64,000 bases of DNA, from NCBI GenBank assembly GCA_008632985.1, contig QPGO01000218.1, positions 1 to 64,000 of the forward strand, in the 5' to 3' direction. Made by a program: the position numbers and the translations under genes. Below are positions 13,201 to 24,447 of the stretch, piece by piece. This stretch comes from Psammoneis japonica. Its lineage: Eukaryota. The number at the start of each line of letters is the position of its first letter. Positions within the stretch are counted from its first letter, which is position 1. The notes below the pieces were generated by a model. The model made no database searches and was not told the origin of the DNA. It saw only the letters and a program-made list of their open reading frames with translations.

Positions 13201-15810
13201 AAATGCTGTGGCCCAATGACTCAAATGCCTGACAGCACATTTCCATGCAGCAGTTCTTGCCCAGAGTGATCTCATGTGGCATGCGGCAATGCCGCTGTTC
13301 AAAGCAAGGAATGCAGCCATCCTTTGTGAAGACACTGGTCGGTTTGCAAAACTTTGTCAATGGCAGTGTTTTTTGTTTGACAACTGCACCCTTGTTGTTT
13401 TCAGGATGGCATGCATCCATGAACAGAACATGTTTTGAGCAACACTTCACAGACAGACACCTTTGGAAGGAGATTTGGAGCTGGGCAAGAGGGGCAACTT
13501 TTGCACTTGCAGAGCACAGGTCCAATGAAGATGGTCCTGACCAACAACATTGCCACACACAATTGCCACCATTGCATCCTGAGGCTCCTTGGGATGGAGG
13601 TGACTCTCTCATCAAGAAAGGAGCCAACTTCAAACCTCAAAGAAATGCGCCAGTGGTGGAAAGATTGATGCACGCAGCAGAGAGCTCAATTTTCCGGTGA
13701 ACAAAGGAGGGGTCGTCCATGACTGGGAGATCAGAAATGGGAGCACTTGATTGTGTCATGGGTCGGTCATCAAGAATGATGTGTTTCACGTGCAGAAACC
13801 ATGCTGGTTCTTGCAAAAAAATGCCAATGAACAAAGCAAATGGAAGACAGTCCATTGATGTCAAAGAAGGGCACGCGCTCACACTTGTCAGTGCTGCAAC
13901 AGAAGCAGTGCTTTCACCCCATGGAGTGAAGGACTTGATTGGCTGATGGGAACAAAGAGGGTTGTTGAAGATTGAAAAGTGTGCTGGGTGCAAGAAACTC
14001 AGAGATGTGACAAAGCATTTGTTTGGGGTGTTTGCTGAAGTGCACAGAATTTGCACTGTGTCTTGTGAAGATGTTGTGAGCTTTAGAGGCTTGCCACTTC
14101 TATGGTCTGTGATCCATCCATGTCAGTCACGTCAGAGGTGTCTTTGACATCAACCTCACTGAGTCAGCACAAGCTGTTCTTTGTGCGCACACACACGCAC
14201 GCTCGAGATGCAGTCTGACCATCTGTGCATTCCGTGGCTGACCGTGACACACTGGAATCCATGTAGAAATTTCTTGGATCTGCAGAGAATGCAAAAAAGA
14301 TCAACGTGCATGCAACCCACAAGGAGTCAACACCAGTCATTTTCCACTTGGCAACATTGCTTGACATGCTGAAACACCATTGATTGATGGAAATGGCCAG
14401 AATGGTCTTGGGAGACCTGGCAAAATGCAGTCTGAGAAAGGCAACATCAGCACAGGAGCGCACACGCAGAAACACATGCAGGGGTTGCTGGCAGGCAGCT
14501 GCAGCACATTTGTGTGGAGCTCATGCATGGATTTGTTGTGCAGTCATTTGCTGGCTGGTTTCATCTTTCCTTTCCCCATCTTTGGTGATGATCATGTCCT
14601 TTGTGCTGGGGGGTGCAACCACATCATCTGGAAAACATTGTTGCTCTTGTTCAGAACTCACTCTCTCTTGTTCAGAATCCTGTGTTCTTGACAAGTCCTT
14701 GACAATTGTTCACAAAGGGAAATTAACAAGTGTTTCAAGGCTCCAAGTGGGAATTGACAGCCAATGTGGTGAATCGGTCTCATCGTGCACGCACTTTTGA
14801 CAATTTGTCATGTCTGCTCATTTTTGACATGATTTTTGATTCTGTCCACACTCAAGCTGACCTCACAAGTGGGAAACAACAGTCAATGAAACTTGTCACT
14901 TGCATTTGTTTCCACCTTGACAACCGTGTGTTGGCAACAACTTTCTGACATTGTTCATTTTTGACAACAACAGCAACAATGTTCAGTTGTCTTGTTGACC
15001 TGATTGTGCATCGGCTGTGTGCCGCTTGTCATCTGACTTGCAAATGTTCCATTTTGTTGTTTCTACACCAAGTGCCAAAAATGCTCCCTTTTTCCCATCC
15101 TTTTTTTCACATTGCACCAGTTCCTGTTGTCCTTCCCAGTCCCCACACACAATGGGTGTCCTGTTTTGGTCCTCTTGTGTCCTCCCTTGTGACCACTCTT
15201 GCTCTCTCCATGACCCCACTCTTCTTGCTCTCTCTACATTCATCCACAACAGGCAACAATGTCATCATCCTGCATTGATCTGTCTTAAGTTCTCACTGTT
15301 TGGCAGGCCAAAGCATTGTCTGCAACAAGAGAAAACTTTGTGCAAATGACAAGGTTTGTGCATGTCTTGTGTTTCTTACAATCTTGTCTCATGCACAGCT
15401 GCTGCTGCTCACCTTTGTGCCCTCCCCACTGCCCGTCTTCTGTTTTAGCTCAGTCTGCATGTCCAGATGTCTGTGTGCAAAGATTTGCGCAAGTGTTGGT
15501 CCTTTGCATTGATTGCCTGATCTCCATGCATTCGCCACTTGTTTCCTCTTTCTCACCTTGTGTCCCACATTTTGCTCCATCCCATCTGCAATGCCGTTGC
15601 CTGTCCCTGCTGCTCTCATTGTCAGATGTTGGGTGCAACTTGAGTTTGCATTGTTGTGTCTTGCAAGGCAGCAACAACTCATGTTTTTGGCAAAAAGGCG
15701 AGCCTGTCTGTCAGTTGATTCCCATCAGCATCTCTTTTTCAGCAACAGTTTTGTTTAAAAATCAATGTTTGTGTTGTGTCATGATGGTTTGAAGGATTTG
15801 AAACAACTTT

Positions 15811-16177
15811 TGCACTGTGCTCGAAGAACGAGTGTAAACGAAAGTAGAACAGTGTACGAAAAGTGGAAATTGTGAGACCAAATTTTGCTCTGTGATTTTT
15901 GGTTTCTCCGAACGAGTTCTCAATGGCCTGAAGCTTCTGTGCTGCTTCTACAGACAAAAGGCCTTTCGGAGAACATGTTTGTGACAACAGATTGTCCGGG
16001 TGCGATTGCCATTGACACGCAAGATGTCAACATCGTCAATCGATCGCACCTGCAATTCTCGACATCCGATCAACTCTGTGTGATCGTTCTGTCCTTTGCA
16101 CGCATCCACGACTGTGGTGCGATTGACACACAAACAACACACAATCACAAACATGTGTGTGACAGTCGCATGCTGCA
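15811..16177 (-). repeat. 3' LTR of the Gypsy element
   Basis: Ungapped 367-nt match to 20172-20538 with 30 mismatches. Adjacent to the polypurine tract at 16178-16189. Confidence 0.93.
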
Positions 16178-19100
16178 TTCGCCTCCCTAATTGCACATTG
16201 GAGTCATTTGCAAGTGGATTGTTCGACGGACATCGACAGTGTCAACAATGTCTCCACTTTCACTGCATTGTGCCATTGGCAATGACTGTTGTTGTTTTGT
16301 GTGGGCAATGTGGGGCCGTTCCAATTTCCGAATGTCTTTTGAGAGTGACATTGTTTGTTTCTCACTTAACATGCACATGTGTGGCATTGCGTCGAGCATT
16401 CTCATTGACGTTCTTGTTGACATGAACACAAGGACTAATTGTCCTGGAGCAAGTGTTTTTCCTGACCATCGATTGTACACAGCATCGTGCCCAGTGCTTA
16501 ATGTGCGCTCTCAATTGTGGCGTTCACTTGCTTGCTTGTGGATTTCATGCAGTTTGGCGGGCTTGCTTTGTGTGCCATGTTGCTCTGCTGCACTGCCACG
16601 TTTCACAAGTGACAATGAACGATGGTCAAAGACATTGTGACCATTTCGTCTTGACAATCAATCCTGTGATGGTCATGAATTCCATTGTGGATTTTTTTTT
16701 TTTGCACTTCAACCATCTGTCAGTTGGATTTTAATCGTCATTTGGACGTTTCTTTCTGACACACCGGCGTCATTTTGTCATTCCGAAGGCACTGGTTTCG
16801 TGCACTGAGTGGACAAATGTCCATTTTTCTTTTCTTTTTCTAGATCTTTGGCACATCTCGTGTGTCGACATGATGTACATTTTAATGTCTTGCCTCGTAC
16901 ATTGTACAATACAACCGTACGGGTGTTGTGAGATTGTCTTTTGCCAGTGTGAAGTGGATACGTATAATGTACACCAATCTGTCACTGTTTTTTCCTAAAT
17001 CGTCCTTTAAAAAGGCGATTTTATCCTTGTGACATGAGCATTTTTCGATCTCGCTCGCCTCCACGAAAAGTGTTCGTATGATATGTCGCGTCCGACAATT
17101 TGGAGGGAATGTCTTTATCCCGTTTTAACGGTAGGACATTGTCGTAGGATTCAATTTTCTATAGTAAGTCGGCTGATCGCGTCTATCGCGACGATGTTCG
17201 CCTTGCCCTCGTTGTATTCTAATTCGGGACTGAAGTTGTCAACGTATGACTTTGTCCGTTGTGTCTTATGATCCGTATATGTATAAATCTGTTGGCCAAA
17301 CAGTATATTTCGGAATTTTATAAGTGTTTTCACTATGGACAGAAGTTCTTTTTTCCGTTGTAACGTATAATATTGAAATCCGTGTATGATAACAATATAG
17401 TTTTTGATTTGATACGCTCCATATTTTCGGAGACTTTTCGTTCCGTACTTGTACTTTTGCCGTTTGACCTTTATTGAGGTGAATTTGGCTAGTGTTGTAC
17501 AGGAGATCGTTGAGACTTACATGTCTCGATAATGGCAACGTATGACAACGAGATGTCGTAGTGTTCTTTACGTTTTTCTCGTGTTGCGATTGCTTGAATC
17601 GCCTCCATTTTTTTTGTAATCGATTGCATATCGTTACGTATGGAAGTCTTGACAGTTTATTTCAAGTTAAATAGTGAAGGACTTTTGTTGTTAACCTTCT
17701 AAGCGACTGTTCTAGTCGTTTGAATGCCGTGTTAAGCTGTTGCTTGTACAGGTGATGTTTTGAAGTTACTTTTGTCAGGCACAAACGATCACATGTAGTC
17801 GTTCTGACAACTTCAAACCTGTTATGAGTTCACTCAAGTGTTGTATAAAAATATCTGGGGCTCTATAGATTCTCATTGGAAGTCCACAGTGCTCATTTTC
17901 TCCCCACGGCATGATTTTCGTGTGAGCACGACGTGTGCTTTTTTTATTTGACATGGTGGCATTCCATGTTTGAATCAAATAGATTACATGTGTGAAACGT
18001 TCTTGCTTCAATGGTGTTTCCTGAACATTGGGTAAAGGATACACCACCTGTGTGAACCTTATGCTAAGCTTCTGAGTGTCGGATGCGGTCGAACTCGACC
18101 TGTTTTCTTTGGACAATGAGTCTCAGAGCGACTTGTTCAGAGCAACTTCATTCTTAAGACTTCAATCTTTCATAATAGGTCAAACTCCTTTTGATTGGAC
18201 GCCTCCAAAGACTGTGATAGGAGAAGGTTCTCACGCGTCGTGGAATCGCGTCAGATTTTCCACGATGAGATCCACTGATGCTTCCCACACATTCGTCTGA
18301 GGAACTTTTCAAAACGATTTCAACCTCTTAAGAAGAAGATTGAGTTGGTTGTGTTCATTTGGGTTAGATGCATCGCCGCAGTTGTCACTTGATTAAGATC
18401 GATGGCGTGATGGGTGTGAGTCGAGGACCATTGGTTCCGTCATTGACTCCATTCACGGCGTCACATTTTTCAATGTGATCGGTTTTCAGCTTGAAAACAT
18501 CGGCATCGAAGAGTGTATGAACATTCTTCATAAGGTAATTGCTTCTTCCCATTAGATTTCTTCATTTGCGTAGTCCAATGTGACTTGCAGGACTGGACAT
18601 TAAGTCGCGTCCCATGATCACATCATTTGAACCTGAAGAAAATTTGGTGTTTTCAACACACACTGTTTGAATGTCAGCATGCCTTAAATTTCGCATGGTG
18701 AGAACTGAATTCGGTGTTTACTGTCAGTCGTAAAGAGCTCACCCTTGGTTTCCCAAGTTTTTGGTGGCGGATTCTTGTGTTCTCAACTTTCGCACGAATT
18801 TGCGCAAAATTATGGTTGACGATGTTCCGTCATCGACAGGAACACGTAGATGCTTTTTTCTCTCCTTTCCCAAGAAAGCATTCATATAAATGATGACTCC
18901 TGGACTAGCATGAATTATTTCTGCCTTCTTTCTAGGCTTCCCAACATCCAGTGAAGCATGTGGTTCGTGAACAGACCAAAATTGTTCTTCGGATTCAGTC
19001 TGGATCATCCGATCAAATTGGCACTTTTCTTCACTGAGGGCATCAGAATCTGATTCTTTGCCCTCATGCTCTTTTTCTTTGTTCAAGGAACTCGCTTTGA

Positions 19101-20171
19101 GCATTTTTTGAACCGCCTGATCAATCATGACGTTCATCTCTTTTTTTGCGAGCGGCATTTTCGTTGTCGCGACGCGACCGCGTGCGATTGCCATTTGAAC
19201 GGTGCATTTTTGGGTCTCTTTCAGAGTCACCCTTGCACTCTTTTGCCAGTTCATTTTTAGAACAGCTTCAATCCGTGATGCAGGTGTTCTTTTTTCAAAG
19301 ATGAGACCTTGCATTCACTTTGGATTGTTCTGGCACCATGTGGGAGACCATTTTTGGAACCAAATTTGGAACCTTTTTTTATTTTGGAACCAACTGCGCT
19401 GTCAGAGCCTGAGTTGATGTGTTTTTTCGTCACGGACGTCATGAACGACCTTTAGATGACTCAAAACTTAATCAGCTCATCAAGGATGAGTTGCAACAGT
19501 TGATTGTTTTGGACAGTAGACTGATGCTGCCATCCTTGCGGTGCGAGTGACAGCTGATAAATCAGCGCTCGGTTTCCCGCTAGATTCGACTTAGAATCCA
19601 TCTGAGGGTCGCGTGGACTCTCATCATTGACCTCTTGGGTCTAACAGAGGCTTTCTTGCTGTCAAGCAGCTCTGGTTTCTTCAGATCGTCTTGAAAACAA
19701 TGACTCTGATTCTGAAGTGCAATTCTTGGAAAGACATGAGATGTGAGACTCTTGAGGTGCTTTCCAACGGTTCCATCTTGCTCTTGGACTCGAGGCTCGT
19801 TGATTCGGTCTCCAAAACTCTCCAACAGTCTCTCCTTGCACACCAGACGCATTTCTCGGACCTGATCGACTCGGAACTTGCATTCTCTGCAACCATGACT
19901 TGGTGTAGATTTTTTGACAATGCGGTGCACTTGAGAGCCCTTGATCCTTGGGTGCTTGGAACAGACCGCATTAGAGCGAATCCTCTTGTCTGGCAGACGA
20001 AAAACAGCGTTCCATCTTGAGGCACTGCTCGGCTTGAGCTTCTTCCGCTCGGAAATCGATTCCAGCAGAACTGATGCGATTCGTTCCTGTTCACAGAAGA
20101 ATTTGCAAAGGCACATTAGTTAAAAATTTTCATTTTCCGTGCTTTTTACCTTCTGTGGTGTGCACACACAA

Positions 20172-20538
20172 TGCACTGTGCTCGAAGAACGAGTGCAAAC
20201 GAAAGTAGAACAGTGTACGAAAAGTGGAAATTATGAGATTAAATTTTGCTCTGTGATTTTTGGTTTCTCCGAACGAGTTCTCAATGGCCTAAAGCTTCTG
20301 CACTGCTTCTACAGACAAAAGGCCTTTCGGAGAATGTATTTGTGACAACAGATTGTCCGGATACGATTGCTGTTGACACGTGAGATGTCAACATCGTCAA
20401 TCGATCGTATTTGCAATTCTCGACATCCGATCAACTCTGTGTGATCGTTCTGTCCTTTGTACGCATCCACGACTGTGGTACGATTGACACACAAATGATG
20501 TACAATCATAAACATGCATGTAACAGTCGCATGCTGCA
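20172..20538 (-). repeat. 5' LTR of the Gypsy element
   Basis: Ungapped match to 15811-16177, followed by TSD CTTT. No clear primer-binding site is recognisable. Confidence 0.93.
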
Positions 20539-20704
20539 CTTTGATGAATCATTCAGTCATTGATGTCATGCGTGCATTTGGCAAATTTAATTTTGTCACA
20601 TTGGTGTGTTCTTGTTGAGATTGAAACTTTCACACTCATGCTCCACACTCCCAGCTCCAGGACTTCAATCAACACCTTTTTGCCATTTGGTGTGTTCATT
20701 GACC

Positions 20705-21350
20705 ATGCCGCCAAGAAAAAGGAAGAAGCTGAACCCACAAGGTGCTGGCCGCAACAATGCCAGTCACACCAGTGCCGCCAGTGGCCGTGATGGAGGTGGT
20801 GGCCATGGTGGAGGTGGTGCTTGTGGTGTTCAAGAGCAAGGTCAAGGTCCTCCCAGGCAGCCCAGGCAAGGCTCTAGGACAAGCCATTGGTGACATCAAG
20901 GCTCTTTGTCTGGAGCTGCTCCGCCAGCTGGTGACCCATGATCTGCCACTGCTGCTGCAGCCTCCATCAATGAAGAAGCCAATGCCTTTGATGATGTGTT
21001 TGACAACTTTTCCCCTGCACCAGTTCAACAAAAAGATTGTGACTTTCTCAAGGGGTGCAGTGTGAAGTCCTTTGCCACAAGACTCCTTTGCTGCTCAGAG
21101 CCTCTGAGCACCATGCCACCTGTGGCATCAACCCAAAAAAAATGTCTGGCAATGAGTGCAGAATGTGGCTGTTGCTTTGCTGGCAGATGCATGGCCTTTG
21201 CAAAAACCAAGACAAACAGATGTGCAAGCAGCTGCAGCAAAAGCATGAAAAAGCTGGCAGTGCAAAAATTGCTGCTGCCAACAAGAAGATCACCTCTCTC
21301 CAGAAAGCTCAGAAACAGACCCTTTGTGATGCCAGCAAAATGACAATTGC
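20705..21350 (+). pseudogene. Decayed ORF (basic NLS-like and Gly-rich N-terminus), probably transposon-associated
   Basis: MPPRKRKKLNPQGAGR...GGGGHGGGGACG continues in frame through TGA stops into AAAASINEEANAFDDVFDNF. The pattern fits CpG decay of Arg codons. Confidence 0.4.
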
Positions 21351-21489
21351 CAACTTTGTAAAGAAAGTGGGCAACTTGGGCTCAAAGGTGGGTTGTGCTC
21401 TGTCCTTCTGTTCTCTCTTGCTTTTCCATCCAAACAAGAGACAGGGAACACCATTTGTTTCCATTCACTGACTCCCTGCCCTGGTTGTT

Positions 21490-23335
21490 GTCAGCTCCCC
21501 TGGGACACAATGGAGGCACCCGAGGCCATCATCCAAAGACAACTGGGCACTTGCGCTGTCACATGGCCACAGAAAGCTCCCTTGTCTCTGCAGGTGGGGT
21601 GGCTGGGCCAAAGCAAGCCAATCACATCAGAAAGAAAAGGGGCTCCATTGGCAAAAGACAAGGCTTTCTTTCCCAACCATTGTTGTTCTTGCCTCCTCAG
21701 GGGCCTGATGGATTCTCTTGTTGTGCCCATCCCAAGACAACTGAGTGCTTGCACTGTCACACAGATGGCTCCCTTGTGTCTTTCTTGCAAATTGGTTCTT
21801 GGCTGGGCCAAACCTGGTCATGTCAGAAAGACAAGGTGCTGCATTGACACAATGCAAGGTCTTTGCTTCCCAACCATTGGTTTTCTTGTCTCAGCAAGTG
21901 TGGTGTCTGGGGGCAAACCCTGCAATGTCAGAAAGCAAGGTGCTGAATTGACACAAGACAAGGCCTTGCTTCCCAGCCATTGTTGTTGTTGATTGTTCTG
22001 GGACCTTGTGGAGTCACCAAAAGTCATCCCAAGACAACTGATCACTTGCACTGCTGCACAGATGGTTGTCTTGTCTCTGTGGGTGGGGTGGCTGGGCCAA
22101 ACCCAGTCATCAGAGAGACAAGGTGCTGCATTGACTCAAGACAAGGTCTTTGCTTCCCAGCCGATGTTGCTGTTGACTCCTCTGGGATCGAATGGAGTCA
22201 CCAAAAGCTGTCCCAAGACAACTGAGCACTTGCACTGTCGCACAGATGGTTTTCTTGTCTCTGCAGGCTGGCTGGCTGGGCCAAACCCAGTCATGTCAGA
22301 GAAACAAGAAGGTGCTGCATTGACAAAAGACAAGGCCTTCGCTTTCCAACCATTGTTGTTGTTGTGTCTTCTAGAATCCAATGAAGTCACCAAAAGCCAT
22401 CCCAAGATGACTGAGCACTTGCGCTGTTGCACAGATGGTTTTCTTGTCTCTGCAGATGGGGTGGCTGGGCCAAACCCAGTCATGTCAGAGAAACAAGGTG
22501 CTGCATTGATGCAAGACAAGGCCTTTGCTTCCCAACCATTGTCAATGTTGAGTGTTCTGGGATCCTGTGGAGTCACCAAAAGTCATCCCAAGACAACTGA
22601 TTGCTTGCACTGTTGCGCAGATGGTTTTCTTGTCTCTGTGGGTGGGGTGGCTGGGCCAAAGAACCCAGTTGTGTCAGAGAGACAAGGTGCTGCATTGACA
22701 GCTGTTGTTGGCTCCCCTGGGATCCAACAGAGTCGCCAAAAGCCATCCCAAGAGGACTGAGCACTTGCGCTGTTGCACAGATGGTTTTCTTGTCTCTGTG
22801 GGTGTGATGGCTGGGCCAAACCCAGTCATGTCAGAGACACAAAGAGGCTGCATTGACACAAGATGAGGCCTTTGCTTCCTGGCCATTGTTGTTCTTGCAT
22901 TTCTGGGACACAATGGAGGCATCCCAAGCATCCCAAGCACCCCAAGACAACTGAGCAATTGCGCCCCTGTTGCACAGATGGCCTTCTTGTCCTTGCAGGT
23001 GGGGTGGCTGTGAACCAAACAACTCAGTCATGTCAGAGAGACAGGGTGCTGCATTGACACAAGACAAAGCCTTTGCTTCCTGACCATTGTTGTTGTTGCA
23101 TCCTCTGGGACCCATTGGAGTCATCCAAGGCCCTCCCAAGACAGCTGAGCACTTGCACTGTCGCACAGATGTTTCCCTTTTCTCTGCAGGTTGGCTGGCT
23201 GGGCCAAACCCAGTTGTGTCAGAGAGACAAGGTGCTGCATTCTTGACACAAGACAAGGCCTTGCTCCCCAACCACAGTTGTTGGTGTGTCCCTTGTAACC
23301 CACTGGAGTCCTCCAATGCCATCCCAAGGCAACTG
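21490..23335. repeat. Tandem satellite of about 10 diverged units of about 185-190 bp
   Basis: Core cccaagacaactgagcacttgc..gcacagatgg..cttgtctctg..ggtggctgggccaaacccagtcatgtcagag..acaaggtgctgcattgacacaagacaagg recurs near 21532, 21731, 22027, 22212, 22401, 22586, 22746, 22941, 23134 and 23323. Confidence 0.92.
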
Positions 23336-24253
23336 CACACCTCTTTTGCCACATCTGTGGGCCCGATGCTTCCACACCTTGTGCAGCTGGACATCTTCTC
23401 ATTTGTGGAGGAATCACACAAGGGGCTGCTGCCACTCAAGACAAGGCTTGCAGCTTCCCAAATCAGGAGTGCAAAGACATCACAATTGGGCCAACCCACC
23501 TGACAAATGCAGACTGAGTGCATTTGGGATGCATGTCATGCAGGCAGCAACTCAAACCAATGTGCGCATTTGTGGTGATGATGATGATCTAGCTTGGCAT
23601 TTGGCAAATGTTTGCTGGGACATGGAGACACCACCATCAGATGCTCCATTTTAGTTTCTCAAGAAGCAGCCCTGGCCTGTGCATCATGCACCATCCACCT
23701 GGCAAGCATGTTGCTCCAGTTGGAGACACCAAGACATGTCATCAAACTCATCACCAGAATGAACCCCTTGGAACTGAGGATGTGTCACTGGCAAACTCTG
23801 GCCATTGTCTTCATTTGTGGCAATGGTGACAGGAAAGAAAATCAAACAATCCTCCCAGTCTCTGTTGTCTGGTGATGGCTTTCCAAGCAGTGGTGCTGTT
23901 GCTTGCTTTGTTGGATGCAAAGACCATGCCTTGGCAAGTTTAACTCCAAGCTGCTCTTCCTGCCATTCCCAGTGCTTCTCTTGCTTCCTGAAGCACTGGG
24001 GGTGTGCTTTCCAAAGTCATCATCAGGGTTCATGCTAAAATGAAGAAAGAAGAACACTGGAGACACATTTGAAAATGTGTTTGTGCAGCATGCCTGTTGT
24101 GTTGTTGTTGTTGTTGTTGTCACACATCCAACCAGGACAACACAGTGGATTGTGACAGGGGTGTGTCATTGTTGTTGTTGGATGTTAGATCGGAGGATGA
24201 GTTGTGCAGCACCAGCAAGGAAAAGGACAGGTGCAGGAGAAACAGAGCAAAGC

Positions 24254-24447
24254 AAAGGCAGAGAGCTGACAAATGGAAGGAAAAAGGAAGAAATGAAGCT
24301 GTTCTTGAGAGGTTTAAAATGAGGACAAAATGAGCCACACAGGTGATTTAAACAAAGGCAGAGATCTGACAAATGGGAAAAGGGAACAAATGAAGCTGTT
24401 CTCAACAACAGTTCAAAATGAGGACAAAATGAGCCACACAGGTGACT
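24254..24447. repeat. About 100-bp unit, two tandem copies plus a dispersed copy at about 26438-26556
   Basis: aaaggcagaga.ctgacaaatgg...aaatgaagctgttct...aaaatgaggacaaaatgagccacacaggtga is repeated. Confidence 0.8.

Larger units (their letters stand above)
15811..20538 (-). mobile_element. Degenerate Ty3/Gypsy LTR retrotransposon (4.7 kb)
   Basis: 367-bp direct LTRs with TG..CA ends. 4-bp target duplication CTTT (15807-15810 and 20539-20542). Polypurine tract TAGGGAGGCGAA on the minus strand abutting the left LTR. Minus-strand order is gag-like (19.2-20.1 kb), protease-like VPVDDGTSSTII (18.8 kb), RT-like MPWG..LPM..APDIF (17.9 kb), RNase H FRNILFGQQIYTYTDHK and ANIVAIDAISRL (17.2-17.3 kb), integrase-like PGQLV (16.4 kb). 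Confidence 0.9.

Noticed and set aside
20140..20171. Primer-binding site of the Gypsy element
   Set aside because: No TGG-initiated tRNA-complementary sequence is recognisable, and it is probably mutated.
15811..20538. Classical RIP (CpA to TpA) or CpG deamination as the cause of the LTR differences
   Set aside because: RIP would enrich TpA, but the region is depleted of it. There is no CG versus TG/CA mismatch among 20 CpGs, so the 7 CA/TG pairs are best explained by ancestral TA.
21490..23335. CRISPR array or repeat-protein gene (255-aa ORF at 21993)
   Set aside because: The units are about 185 bp with no unique spacers, there are no cas genes, the context is eukaryotic, and unit lengths do not hold one frame.
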